From Rhodosorus marinus CCMP1338 (taxonomy: Eukaryota; Plantae; Rhodophyta): a DNA stretch of 64,000 nt. Below the pieces are notes generated by a model. That model searched no databases. It worked only from the letters and a program-made list of their open reading frames with translations, and was not told the DNA's origin. This document shows positions 24,970-36,282 of the stretch, one piece after another; position 1 is the first letter of the stretch, and the number at the start of each line of letters is the position of its first letter. A program made the translations under genes and the position numbers. The stretch covers positions 682,001 to 746,000 of the forward strand of contig JAMWBK010000001.1 of assembly GCA_029953675.1 (NCBI GenBank). Reading direction: 5' to 3'.

Positions 24970-26257
24970 TTACTTAGGTCTCTGCATTGTGCTTGGGTTT
25001 CTCTGCTCGCTCGGCTTCGCCCATTCCACTTGGAGAATCAAGTGGTCATACGGACGGCCATTAAGCGTCTGGATACACTTCTGAGCATCTGAGATTTTCT
25101 GGAAAGCGACAAAAGCAAAGTCCTTTGATTCCTTGGTTTTTCGGTCTCGGCTGAGGTAGACTCGTTTAACTGCTCCGAACGGTGCAAACAGCTCATGAAG
25201 ATCTCCCTCCGTCGTTTTAGCAGATATATTGCTCACTCGAACCTAGTAACAATGACCAAGCATACGAAAAGGAGGATATAACGAGGACAAGGTCATTAAG
25301 CAGCTCAAGTACGACTGATTTGGTGTCTTCGTTGACAAGCTCCAATCTCACCGTAGCACTATCATCACGTTGGTATCCTCCAGAGCCAGGGCCTTCAGCT
25401 GCAGCAGCAGCTTGGTTTCCACGAAGCGATGTAGGAACCCAAATATTCGGGTTTTTCGGTGCAGCGGTATCTTCGTTTGCGTTTTGAGCTTTCATGGACA
25501 TAGCTTGAGCCCAGTTTGGCTTTGCGGGCTCGCCGCCAATTTGCGTCGTTACCACACCTCCGGCGTTTCTCTCCTTCATTCTCTGCTGCATTTGGAGCAT
25601 ACGCAGTTCCTTCAGCGCCTTTTGCTTCGCCTGTTCGAGTGTGTCATCCTCGTTTTCTTCTTCTTCCTAATTGTGGTCACAATTTGGAAACACGAACAGA
25701 TCAATTAACATCCGTGTCACTACATGCAGCGGAGGATGATAGACAAATCCAATCGCTTAATTCCATGATACGAACCTCATCAATCTGTGTCACCCACTCT
25801 ATCAGAACTGTATCCTTCGAAACCGCAGTGATACCTTGTTCAGGTCCTGGTGGAGCATTGGCACATTGGCCGAATCGCTTCCATCTAGACGAAATTATTT
25901 GCGAAAAAATAAAAGGGTCAGCAAACGGCATCGAAACAGGTAAAGCTCTGATCTCATGAAGCAAGCCCGAACAAAAAAAGAATATAGGGAACACCCTCGA
26001 AGATCGTTGGATTTTCTATCCATAACTAGGGCAAGATGCGAGTCTTACCCTCTCCTCTCCGCAGCTCCTTTAGACACCTTATGAACCACCTTGTTCTCTC
26101 GCGTCGTCGTAATCGTCTTCTTCAAGAACCCATCCACGCTTATCGAGTACTCCGTTACCTTCTTCAACCCATCCGCTGTCTTCGTCTCCTCCCTCGGCGG
26201 AAGTTGATACTCATCATCTTCAATATCAGCCCATTCATCAACCTTGGAGTCAACCAT
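24970..26257 (-). CDS. EIF3G: Eukaryotic translation initiation factor 3 subunit G (4 exons)
   Basis: EWADIEDD start; AAERRGWKRFG..PGPEQGIT; WVPTSLRG; C-terminal RRM RVSNISAKTTEGDLHELF..FAFVAF..YDHLILQVEWAKP. Confidence 0.93.
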
Positions 26258-27004
26258 CTTTTCTTAGCTGATATTCACTCCTTTGATCCCCTTACCCACT
26301 TTCACCCATCCCCACGCTCCAGTCGCCTTCGTCTTCACCCCCCCAAAACGGCCTTTTTTCATCTCCTTCCCGACCGCCGAAAGAAACAAAACACACGTAG
26401 CTCACAACAAGCAATACGTCCATATATCCATAAAATTATTCTTCATTACAATACTATTTATATCTAATAATGATTTTAAAAGTTAGTACTATGCTTAAAA
26501 GTTTCTATAATAAATGTAAATAGTTATTGTATAGCAGAAACTAATTAGAGTCTGGAATCGTAGCGACGACCGCCGGAAACAGGAAAACTCGCAAGTGCGC
26601 TGGTATAAATCAATATAAGGGTATAAAATTTCCAAATTAAAATATTTGATGTAAAGTAATACCAAATAAAAAAGATTTAATACTCAAAATATTTTAAAAT
26701 AGGTTATATATTTATGTATTTAAGAATAAATACCGTTGTGGCATCTTATCGTGAAAAGTGGTCATTTTGTCACGATATTCTATTTGTCCATATAACAGTA
26801 TAAATATCTATTATTAATATAAGGATAGATGTAATTAATAAATAAAATGGGCATATCTTGTTTTAATTAATAAAAATACTTTCATGGATATATGTATCCA
26901 ATATATAATAATAGGTATGGCATCTTATTGTGTGGAGATGTCGTTTTGGAGTTTTGGTAAGGGGGTGAGTTCTGAGCTGAGGACGAAGGGAAAGATACCC
27001 CAGC

Positions 27005-27128
27005 GTAGAGCGCTGGGGTATGTTAGCTGGCCCAAATACCACCACATCCTTTTTTGGCACATTTTCTGGTACGTACGTCGATCTTTGGCTTCTTCTCCAT
27101 TCGAACGACGATTTTGACTATAAACAAC
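27005..27128 (-). pseudogene. Inverted decayed partial copy B of SURF1 exon 3
   Basis: Reverse complement contains GTCGTTCGAATGGAGAAGAAGCCAAAGAT..GTACCAGA..TGGT.TTTGGGCC, matching SURF1 ~28463-28570. Confidence 0.85.
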
Positions 27129-27144
27129 ATCTTGCGTTGATCGT

Positions 27145-27500
27145 CAGGTCGATACCTCTATGAGATGACAATATATCCCGGTGAGCGTAAATCAACCAGG
27201 AACAAGAGATCATGGAGTCCGTAACGCTGATACAGTGCTGTTCGAGCCGGTCCAATATCACCGCACCCCTTTTCTTGGCACGTTTTCTGAGACTATCATC
27301 TTCAGCTTTTTCTCCGTTTTTGAAGGACGCCTTTTAACTGTAACCTCATCACGTGGATAAACAGCTTTGATCGTTTTGATTCTTTCGCGGAGTACGGGGT
27401 ATCCAGCCTGTCACAATACCACCCTTCCGTCCTCTGTTCAAGGAACTGCGCGGAGTGAACCCCGTTTACATCTTGGACACTCGTTTCCGTTTTCTCAAGC
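27145..27500 (-). pseudogene. Inverted decayed copy A of SURF1 exon 3 with flanking intron sequence
   Basis: Reverse complement aligns with 28306-28653 (TTGAACAGAGGA.GGA, TGGATACCCCG.ACTCCGCGA, CAGCACTGTATCAGCGTTA.GGACTCCATG, TGTTCCTGGTTGAT); indels break the frame. Confidence 0.9.
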
Positions 27501-27766
27501 TACAGCAGCTTGATGATGCTACCCTAGCTCTTGCTTTCTATCATGCTCAGCAAGGGGTTTGAAAACAGAGGACCGAGCAGGATTTCTACGATGTCTTTTG
27601 ATCCTTGGCAAATCTTTGGGTGGGCAGCGCTCATCTTCCCCTCCCAACATCTTGACGTTCAGTATTTTTGGGTGGGGGGAGAGGACAGGTTTGGAGAGGT
27701 GCAGGTGTATTTGGGAGGGGGGGGAGGGGTTTGAGGAGGTGGCAGGTGCACCTCTGAGATAATCAT

Positions 27767-28979
27767 ATGCTAGTAACAATGCTGCGGAGACGGATCTTCA
27801 AGCGGTCGCTCAGTATGGGCACGGCGATGGCGGAGCAGCCTAAGCGAAGATCAAGCACATCAACGATACTTGTAATGGGAATTCCCGGCCTGGTCTGCGT
27901 GGGGCTTGGCGTTTGGCAGATCTACAGATATGGTGACAAGCTGGAGAAGATTGAGAAGAGGAAAGCGATGTTACTGGAAGAAGAGCCAGTGCGGGAGTTT
28001 AATGGGGTCGACCCAGCGACAATCGAGTACCGTATTGTAAGCACAGATCCGTCGACAGGAAAAGTCGAGATTCTTCAGTACCCACAGCCCTGACCGAAAA
28101 GCACGCGATTCTCTTTCTGGCTCTCAAAAATCCAGATTTCGCTGAAAGGAACGTTTTTGAGGAACATGGATGTGAGTATAAGCCCGAGGAGTGGGCCCAA
28201 AGAGATCCCGGATTACTTGACTTCAAGCGGTGGAATGGGTTCAATTGGATCATTCCTTTTGTCACCACTGCAACTTGGTAGGCGCTACCTTTCTCACCCG
28301 AAGGAGCTCGAGAAAACGAAGCGAGTGCCTAAGATCTAAGTTGAACTATTGCATGCGATTCTTTGAACAGAGGATGGACAGGTGGTTTACATAAACAGAG
28401 GGTGGATACCCCGCACTCCGCGACAGAATCAGACGATCAACGCTCTACCCAGCAATGAGGTTACAGTCAAAGGTGTCGTTCGAATGGAGAGGAAGCCGAA
28501 GATGATGGTACCAGACAACGTCCCCGAAAATGATCAGTGGTTTTGGGCCGACCTACCAGCACTGTATCAGCGTTATGGACTCCATGGTCCGCTGTTCCTG
28601 GTTGATGTGCGTTCACAGGGATACCTTGTCATCTGATTGAGGAGCATCAACCTGAATGCTTGTGACTAACTTCTGCGTGTTTTTGCAATATGCTCAGGCG
28701 ATTAGACGTGATGGCATATGGGAGCTACCATGTGCGAAGGATTTGGAGGAGCAACTAGGTTTTCAAGTCGACCCGTTCACGCACCAAGTCTATGCGTTCA
28801 CGTGGTTTGCATTGGCAGCTTGTATGGTGGTTATCATCAGAATTATCATCACCCGCAGGGCTGATCCAAGACGAGCGCGAATGGATGAGATTCTTCGGAA
28901 GGGAAGAGCCACCTCAAGGGATCCAAATAGACTTTCCACAGAGCATTTGAAAGAGGTACCAGCGGAAAAGAAGCCGTAG
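27767..28979 (+). CDS. SURF1: SURF1/Shy1 cytochrome c oxidase assembly factor (4 exons)
   Basis: TM + LGVWQ; YINRGWIP; VPDNVPENDQWFWADL; HQVYAFTWFAL; N-terminus resembles a mitochondrial presequence. Start may be 27767 or 27779. Confidence 0.92.
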
Positions 28980-30663
28980 CCTCCATCCACCAACTTCGGT
29001 TGCTGATGATGTTTCCAAGACCTAACTACTTTTTTCAAGTGGCGCTCGCACCAACTACTTGGAACTCGGCTTGAAGGACACTGCTCTATTTCACAGACGT
29101 CCAAGACAACGACATGCCCGTTGCTCGATCACAACGAGCTCGAAGAAGACTCCTGCTTTGATCTAGAAAGAAGCCAGTGAATCGCTCCCGCTTCTGGCCC
29201 GGAAAGCCATCTTTGTAAAGATTCCTCCGTATAGTGACCTCTCAATGATCTGCACAGAACAACAGGCCAAATATGTGGCGAAGCCGAAGAAGCAAGAGAC
29301 CGCGAAGCAAGGCTGCACTCTCGACGAGGTTCACATCAATCCGGACTGTTGCCAAATTTCTTCCAGAAGGTGATCGTGTCTACGAAATCTAGCTGGGCTT
29401 GTTTTTGCAATGCCCTTCCTAGTACGGGAAAGCATGGAGTCGCCCATCGTGATTGACTTTTAAACGGCCACTCTGATCATGCTAATATCGCAAAGGGGAA
29501 TGCAGTGTACCCTCCAGGACGAGGAAGGCGTTGGTAAACCATGTCCTCAGCTGCAAGCCAGATATGAATACCTGGTAGCCTGGGCGCTCCTGAAACTACT
29601 ACCTAGTCCTTCTAACAAGATCCGTCGTTGAACTACAAGATAATCAAGACCTCGGTGCAAAGACTGATTGATTCGCCTCCGCGATCTTCAACTTCTCGCT
29701 CACGAGCAGAGTACCTGTGGAATCCCATCTACACCGTGGGAAAGTCTTCTGATAGGTCGTGTTCCGAACCGCCCGAAGTATCACATTCCACATTCCTGGT
29801 GACTGAACAGTCCGGAATGTTCCGTTCTGAATAGATCTGCCCACGCAATGAGAGCACCAAGCACCAATTTCTTCTCCTTAGCGGATCCTCAATATGAGAG
29901 AGCCTTCATCTTCACCGCCACTCTTCACGAAGTTGGGGGGGTTCATTCACGAAAGACTTAAGCTTGCAAACCCCGGTCGTCGAATGAGGAGACCCAAGTG
30001 ACACATAGGAGTATGGCAAAGGACGACAGCTAACTTTCCACGCGCTTACCCAACTCCCAGTGGACGAATGGCACATAACCTCCCTTCATTACTCTGTCCT
30101 TAGCTTCACGTCTAATGCTCACGACGCTACCAGAATTGCATTCGGAAGCTATTTCGTCGTCCAAAATCCTGTTCGGAAAATGGTTCTGGAATTAGACCTT
30201 ACCAACGGATTCCATCTCCCTTCGCCTCTTCTTGGAGAGTGTGTGGCTTGCGAGGCTTCATCAAAGTCAGGATGTTTTGTTTTTTTTGGTCAAAAAAAGG
30301 ATACATGTGAGGAAATCGATGCGAATTTCGAGGACTTTTTTTTCCTCGGAAAAAAATACTGAGCCAGTCTGCTCTCCTTCGTCTTTCTCCCACGTGTGGT
30401 TTGATTGTTGTGGTACGTATTGTCTGAACGTCATTATCGTCATTGAGTGGAAGGCTGGTGGGGAACGAGTGAGGTCGATGGCAGGAGTCGTGAGCTTTCT
30501 TTCTTCGTCTTGTCGGTTTTGGCTTTTGTCTGCGTAGAAGAAGGGACGAATTGAGGACTTTGAAAGCGTAGAGTGTTCATGACGTCTTGATTGTAGTCTG
30601 TGACTTGGCGACGAAGAAGGATCTGGGGTTGCGGCGGAGGCGCAGTTTTTTTTTTGTTAAACG

Positions 30664-31862
30664 ATGGCGATGGGGTTTGTTCAGTGCGGGGTTGTCAGGC
30701 TTCGAAGTGGACGTGGAAGCGCTCGATGTAGTAATGGAGGTATTTGGATGGTCGCGGCTGGATATGGGAATGCGGAAGCTTATGGATCTGAGGTATCAAA
30801 GACGGACAGTCGTCCGTTGCAATTGGAAGGGTGTGATCTTTACTTGCCTGAAGAAGAAATCACTTCAATTGTTCATTTCACGCCGGGCGCTCTGGTTTCT
30901 TCGCAGCCGCACCTCTTTTATGGGAATTTCCTCTCCTCTTTGAGTGACTTTGGGATTGCAATTATCTCAACTCCGTATGACACTTCCTTCGATCATCTTA
31001 AGCTTGGGAAAGACGTTGCAACCAAGTATGTGAACGCGTATGCTGCACTGCTGCCTCGCCTTCCCAATACATGGGTCCCTACTTTCGGAATGGGCCATTC
31101 TCTCGGAGCCAAGCTTCAAGTATTAATGAACTGTGTTCCGGAGATTCGCCAAAGGTTCCCCCCGCGTGCTTCCAACGTGCTGATCTCCTACAATAACTTC
31201 GACTCCGCGGAGTCCATTCCGGCGTACGAGAATATTATAGATGGACTACGCGTTCTCGAAAGCCTCAGTAAGCTGAAGATGTCAAAGAAGCTGAGGGAAT
31301 GTACTGCGTATTTTAAACAACTCACTCGTTCCTTCTTGCTCTTTTGCCGATAGACCCGTTGTTGGATTCTGTAGGAGTCGCGATGGGAGTCGACCTCAAA
31401 AGCTCAAGGTTTCGAGATATTAATATCGAACAGATCTTCGACAATCTGAGAAACTTCACTGGCGACGTGGACCCCCCGACATCAGTCTTCGAGTCCATGG
31501 TGCGAAACTCTTATGCTGTGCCTGACAATTGTGTTATTAGCTTCGCCACGGATAGCATCGATCAGTCGGACATCCTTGAAGCCGATCTGAGGGGTCGCCA
31601 CGGAAAGAGAACTGTTCGCAGGCCCCTGGCTGGAACGCATCTGACCCCCATGATGCCCGCCTCAGATGAGCTGCGAGATTTTGGTCTCGGAAGGGACTTA
31701 CAAAACTATCTGCAAGAGACGGTCCAAAGCGTACGAACGCAGTACGACAAGGAGTTCCAGGACCTCGTCGTCACGACAGTGGCATTCTTGAGGCTGATGG
31801 AGGAGGATTGCAACAGACGGTTGCTGGGTCCCGGTCAGGAATCTTCCACAATGGAACGCTGA
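30664..31862 (+). CDS. DUF1350-family alpha/beta-hydrolase-fold protein, probably plastid-targeted; intron 31268-31353
   Basis: VHFTPGALV..PHLFY, TPYDTSFDH, GMGHSLGAKLQVL, LISYNN, GTHLTP; MAMGFV-type transit peptide; the splice restores frame. Confidence 0.85.
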
Positions 31863-32508
31863 TGCGAGTGCTCTTCGAACCTCAAGGACTCGCAGTATGT
31901 ACATCGAAAACTGGCTTGACAAAACTCAAACGAAAACGTAAGAGAATCGTGAAGATACTAAGATCATATGGAGAAAACATCGCGAGCTCTGTTCTCGGAT
32001 TTGGGGAATAGAAACTCGCCACAGCGAGGAAAAGTACCTTTGAGTAAAACAAAATTGTGCACAGTTATCTACTCTTTCTTAGCAGAATTCTGAGTCCTAA
32101 ATTGAGCTCCAGGTTGTCCTCCAGGAACCTTGCAACATTTTGAGAGCTTTTTGGTGTTCGAATCCCTAGTTGCACTTGGAGCTCTCTAGCCCTACTGAGC
32201 AACGCGGATAGCAAACGGACTCATTCACTTTGCGGTCCGGGATCCCACGCCTAACCTCCAGAGTACGACTAACTGTTCTCGTCGGGTAGGGATGCGTAGG
32301 TTAGGCATACTAAATCCACAAGCATCCTTCAAAATACCCACAGACTGAGACTATCCTGATCTTAGCTTACGAGCAAACCACATTCCTTATCCTGCTACTA
32401 CGTCAACCATAACCCGCCCCAAATCAAAGGAAAACTTGTTTTTGCGTAGACTTCATTGGCTAAGAATTGTTGATATACCAATCAATTTATTTACCGCCTT
32501 TTTGAAGG

Positions 32509-33196
32509 ATGGGATGGTTACTTCATGCATCCAGTAGTCCATGTGGTTTCGTGTATTCGACAGGCAAAACGGGCTGTTTGGTGAAGGACGATGAGGAAGA
32601 GTCGCGAGGCAGATGCGGTAGTGAAAGAGTTCCAAGTTGTGGATGGAAGAAGTTGACACTGGATGAAAGAACTTCAGAGGATTTTGTGAGTAAAGTATTG
32701 TGCTTCTCTGTGAGTTCTGTTGAAGTACCAGTTTGGTGCCCTTTTTTGGGGGGGGAGGAAGGGGGGGTAAAAGTGGTGGGGGTGTTTGTGGGCACTCGGT
32801 GAGGTGATGAAGAAGGCGGCTGTTGAAAGTGAAGGCCTGAAGCGGGAATGGACGCTGTGCGATGTCCAAGGGGAGATAAAAATATGTGAGGTTGTGGATG
32901 GAGCTCTGCAGAGGAGCCCTTGGCGACCTAATGGAGCTCTTGTTGGGAGCTTGCTGGTGGCAGAGGACAAGGTGAGGTGGATGAGTTTGTAGATGACAAG
33001 AGGCAGTTTTATCGACAATTAAGTTGGGAGTTGTATTTCACACCACTAGGCCAAACTGCTTGTGAGCTCCTATCAAATGGAGGGAAACTGGGAGAGCACG
33101 CCTCGTCCTTTGGGGGTGATCCGATATCAGAAGGAGGAAAAGAAATGGATCCTTGTTGGCAAAGTCACGAAGACCTGCAGATTCTCTTCGAGGTGA
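32509..33196 (+). CDS. Tentative 3-exon hypothetical protein (~163 aa): 32509-32685, 32804-32971, 33050-33196
   Basis: Strong GTGAG donors at 32686 and 32972 at phase 0; CTAG acceptor at 33049; all three pieces join in frame. The first acceptor (GAG) is atypical and no family was recognised. Confidence 0.35.
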
Positions 33197-33674
33197 TGCT
33201 CAGCTCCTTTTTTTTGAATCCTCAAGTACTGCGAAATCGTTCATTGTCTAAAGCAGTTCACCACCTCATTTTTGCACGCAGACCTCAGCCAATAATCGAG
33301 AAACGAAGCGCGTCTAACCGCAGGAAGATCAACTATAGCAAACTGAAGTAGTTATTTGTAGAACTGCGAATGATGTACTAGGAGTCTACTTAACTGGGCT
33401 TTGGCGAAAGCAAAAGCTAGGAGGACAGAAGTCAACGGCTCCTGCATATAGGTCGAACAAAGCGATCGCGGATTGTCGGTCGGTTGGCGAGCTTGTAATT
33501 AAACATCGTGCACAGGACTTTTAGAATACAGCGTGAAACTACTTCGGAAATGAATATGAACAGTCCGGCCGCGTTCATGGACGGGCACCTGGTCCTAGCT
33601 CACAAACGTTGTGAACCCATAAGGGTCTCGAATGGTGCAAGGCACGAACATTTGCAAAAGCTTCAGCTAGAGTT

Positions 33675-34462
33675 TCACGCAGTCACTACGAATCGTGCAG
33701 CCTGGAACTTCATACTTGGAGTCTCTTCTTTCATCAGTTCCACCACACCATTGGAGATGAAATAACTGCCAGGGCTTCCGAGCTTGTAGTTCTTCGACAA
33801 GTTCGAGTCCCAAAACTCCATCGAGTCAGTAAAAGCAACTTCTGTAGCCCGGACAGGGAGGGTGATCGTCCAATTTCCATCCACGCTCTTCATCATCGCC
33901 TGGCCTGGTGCTGGAGTGAATTCTCCGTCGGCCATGCGATACAAGCAGAACATCTGCGAGGAGAGACAAAAAAGAGTAGCTAGACCAGGTCAGAAAGGAA
34001 CCAAACCAAGGAGCTCGTGCGTTTACGAGAACTTTTCAGCGTGGAATGTGCTCCTATGAGACCAACAGGCTGGCTCACCTTTAGGCATCTCTCAGTTGTG
34101 CTGAAGTTGATTCTGATATCCTTGTTGTTCAGGAAACGTTCACACTCGGCCTCGTCAGCATCACCGACCCTAGTGAAGACGTTCTGTCCACAAATGTATC
34201 GCCCCGGCATGCCGACGTGATAGTTCCCACCCTTGTTGTCATCCCAGTTCGACTTGGAGCCGTTCGTAATGTAAAACTCGAGCTTTCTAGCCTTCACCCT
34301 GAAGACGCGGAACCCAGGACGGACATGGTCCGCGCTCACGAGCTCATACGTTGCATTCGAAACCCACTCTCCATCGTCCTTTCTGAAAACAATAAACGCA
34401 CGCTTCCACGACGGCAGCGAATGGAAGACTTCAATCCATCCAAAATCACCAGGCTCAGGCAT
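33675..34462 (-). CDS. Small protein made of two tandem CBM25/26/53-like starch-binding modules, no catalytic domain; intron 34078-33954
   Basis: Module 1: GEW...LEFYITNGSKSNWDDNKGGNYHVGMPGRY. Module 2: GEFTPAPGQAM..WTITLP..EVAFTDSMEFWDSNLSKNYKLGSPGSY. Phase-0 intron joins them; N- and C-termini uncertain. Confidence 0.65.
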
Positions 34463-35489
34463 CCTTTCCCCCACCCACAACCAAACTCCAAAAAAAACCC
34501 CCCAAAAACAAAAAAAAAGGCACGCACACACACAAACCCACTCACCTCAATTACACTTCTCAAAACCTACCCCAACCCATCTCCCCACCCAAACCCGAAA
34601 ATAAAGAAGCCCTACACACCCTCCCCCATCCCAACCATCCCCTTCATCTCAAATACACTCCACAACACTTCCCCCAATCCAAACCTAGAAACGAAACCCT
34701 CTCCAAACCCCCAAAAGACCAAAAAATTCCCATCCACCCAAATAGCCCTTTCAGACCAATAAAAAAATAATCCAAAAATAAATAGAAAAAACATTTTAGA
34801 ATTTTCCCCGTTTTTTTTTGTACCCCCTCACTGCTCTCCTTCTTAGGTGAATTGCCAACGGGCCAAAGTAGCACTCAAATGCTCCCTTCCTCCACCGTTC
34901 CCCCCCTTCCCTTTTTCACCACAGAAAAAAATGAGAAAAATTTAATATCACCACGGTTCCCCCCTCCACCCCCACCTCTCACTTTTTTCTATGCCTGAAA
35001 TTGGCCCGATTTATGTAAAGTGACCTCACGTCCACACAAATTGGAAAATATATATTTTTGTTCTTTTTTGTGCCATTCCAGAAATTAAAGATTTATCTAG
35101 AATTCCAAAACCAATCAATCTTCTATGGTTGTTCTTTTCCTTCCGATCGAAAAAAAAATGCCGGTCGGTAGTTGTCCGATAGAAAAAGGGATCGGAGATT
35201 CAATTTACTTAATAATTGGGTGTTTTTAGCTTCGGCAGCGTGCCTCCGATAGCAAGTTTATATCGGGACCTGAATAGAAAAGACAAAAAAACGATAAAGA
35301 AAAATTGGCATCGGACGATATTTTTCAATCAAGGACAATTTTTGATTGATTTTCAGTCTTCTTCTATGGTAATAAATTGACTCAAAGAAAGCAGAATCGG
35401 CTTTTTAAGGATTTTGCAATTTACTGCGATGACCATCCCCTTCCTCTTTGATGCACATTCTGAGAACCCATGTGATGTGTTGAGAGGCT

Positions 35490-35900
35490 CGTGAACCAGC
35501 TTGTTGATATCTGTTTCTAAAACCTCTACATGTGAGGTAGCCGCCAAAACCCAGGAGTGGGAATATGGGTTTCAGCGCGAAAGATAGCATTGCAAGGGAT
35601 TGAAAGAGGCTCTGAGCTCTTCGAAGAGACTGTACATGCTCAACCTCTCCATGTTTCTGGAACACTACTGCTCGCGCGCCCATGTTGGCGTCCATTCGTA
35701 CGAAGAACGGAAGCTCTTGATCGAGCATGTACAGTCTCGTCGAAGAGCTCAGAGCCTCTGAATCCCTGTCCACACGGTGCTTGAGCCGCAAGTCCAAAAG
35801 CTCATGGCTCTCACGAGCATTTGGGTGACAGCCTGGGTCAAAGAAATAATAATAATTCAATATATGAGAGACAGCTTGCCACCCAAGAAAGCGATCGTGA
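35490..35900 (-). mobile_element. Ty3/Gypsy RT-connection/RNase H fragment
   Basis: RFLG..NYYYFF, ARESHELL, LSSSTRLYMLDQELPFFVRMDANMGARAVVFQ..EH, LAMLSFALK and, after a shift, VLETDINKL follow the Gypsy RT-RNase H consensus. Confidence 0.6.
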
Positions 35901-36116
35901 GTCAATACCTGGACGGAAGATGATTGATGGACAAACATTGATTGAATATCAGACGCTTTATTGGACGCCAATAGGACACTTTTGTAAATATTTCATGAGG
36001 ATACTCTCCCCTAATTGTTCTAATTTTTTTTTAAGTCTATCAACGAAAAAAAAATTACCCGACCTGCCCGATAGTCGTTTTTAGACGCTCCATGACACCC
36101 TCCACCCCCCCCCAAG

Positions 36117-36282
36117 GGTTCGGCTTTCGGCCTTAGCTAAATTCTCGTAGTACTGTTTCCTTCAGAAGGCCGGCGGGCATATCATCCGAGAAAGTCCTCG
36201 GTTTGTCCGAGTTGTGATAGTAAGCTGAGATGCTCCTCGAAATTTGGTTTGGTTAAAAATTCCCGAGCGAAGATTTTTGGAG
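36117..36282 (+). ncRNA. U2 snRNA-like sequence, probably a decayed pseudogene
   Basis: TTCGGCCTTAGCTAA..GTAGTACTGTT..TCAG resembles the U2 5' stem and branch-point recognition site; GTCCTC..TCCGAG (36194-36211) resembles stem IIb; GATTTTTGGAG (36272-36282) resembles the U2 Sm site. Spacing is expanded and the GATCAAGT core is altered. Confidence 0.3.

Noticed and set aside
29020-29055. Short similarity to SURF1 last exon (28753-28787)
   Set aside because: About 22 matches with gaps and no convincing extension; could be chance.
32150-32175. GTTCGAATCC as a tRNA T-loop (similar at ~9495)
   Set aside because: No proper T-stem, D-arm or acceptor stem.
35142-36090. Similar CGA9...CCGATAG segments flanking the Gypsy fragment as LTR remnants
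   Set aside because: The match is short, dominated by poly-A, and lacks TG...CA ends.
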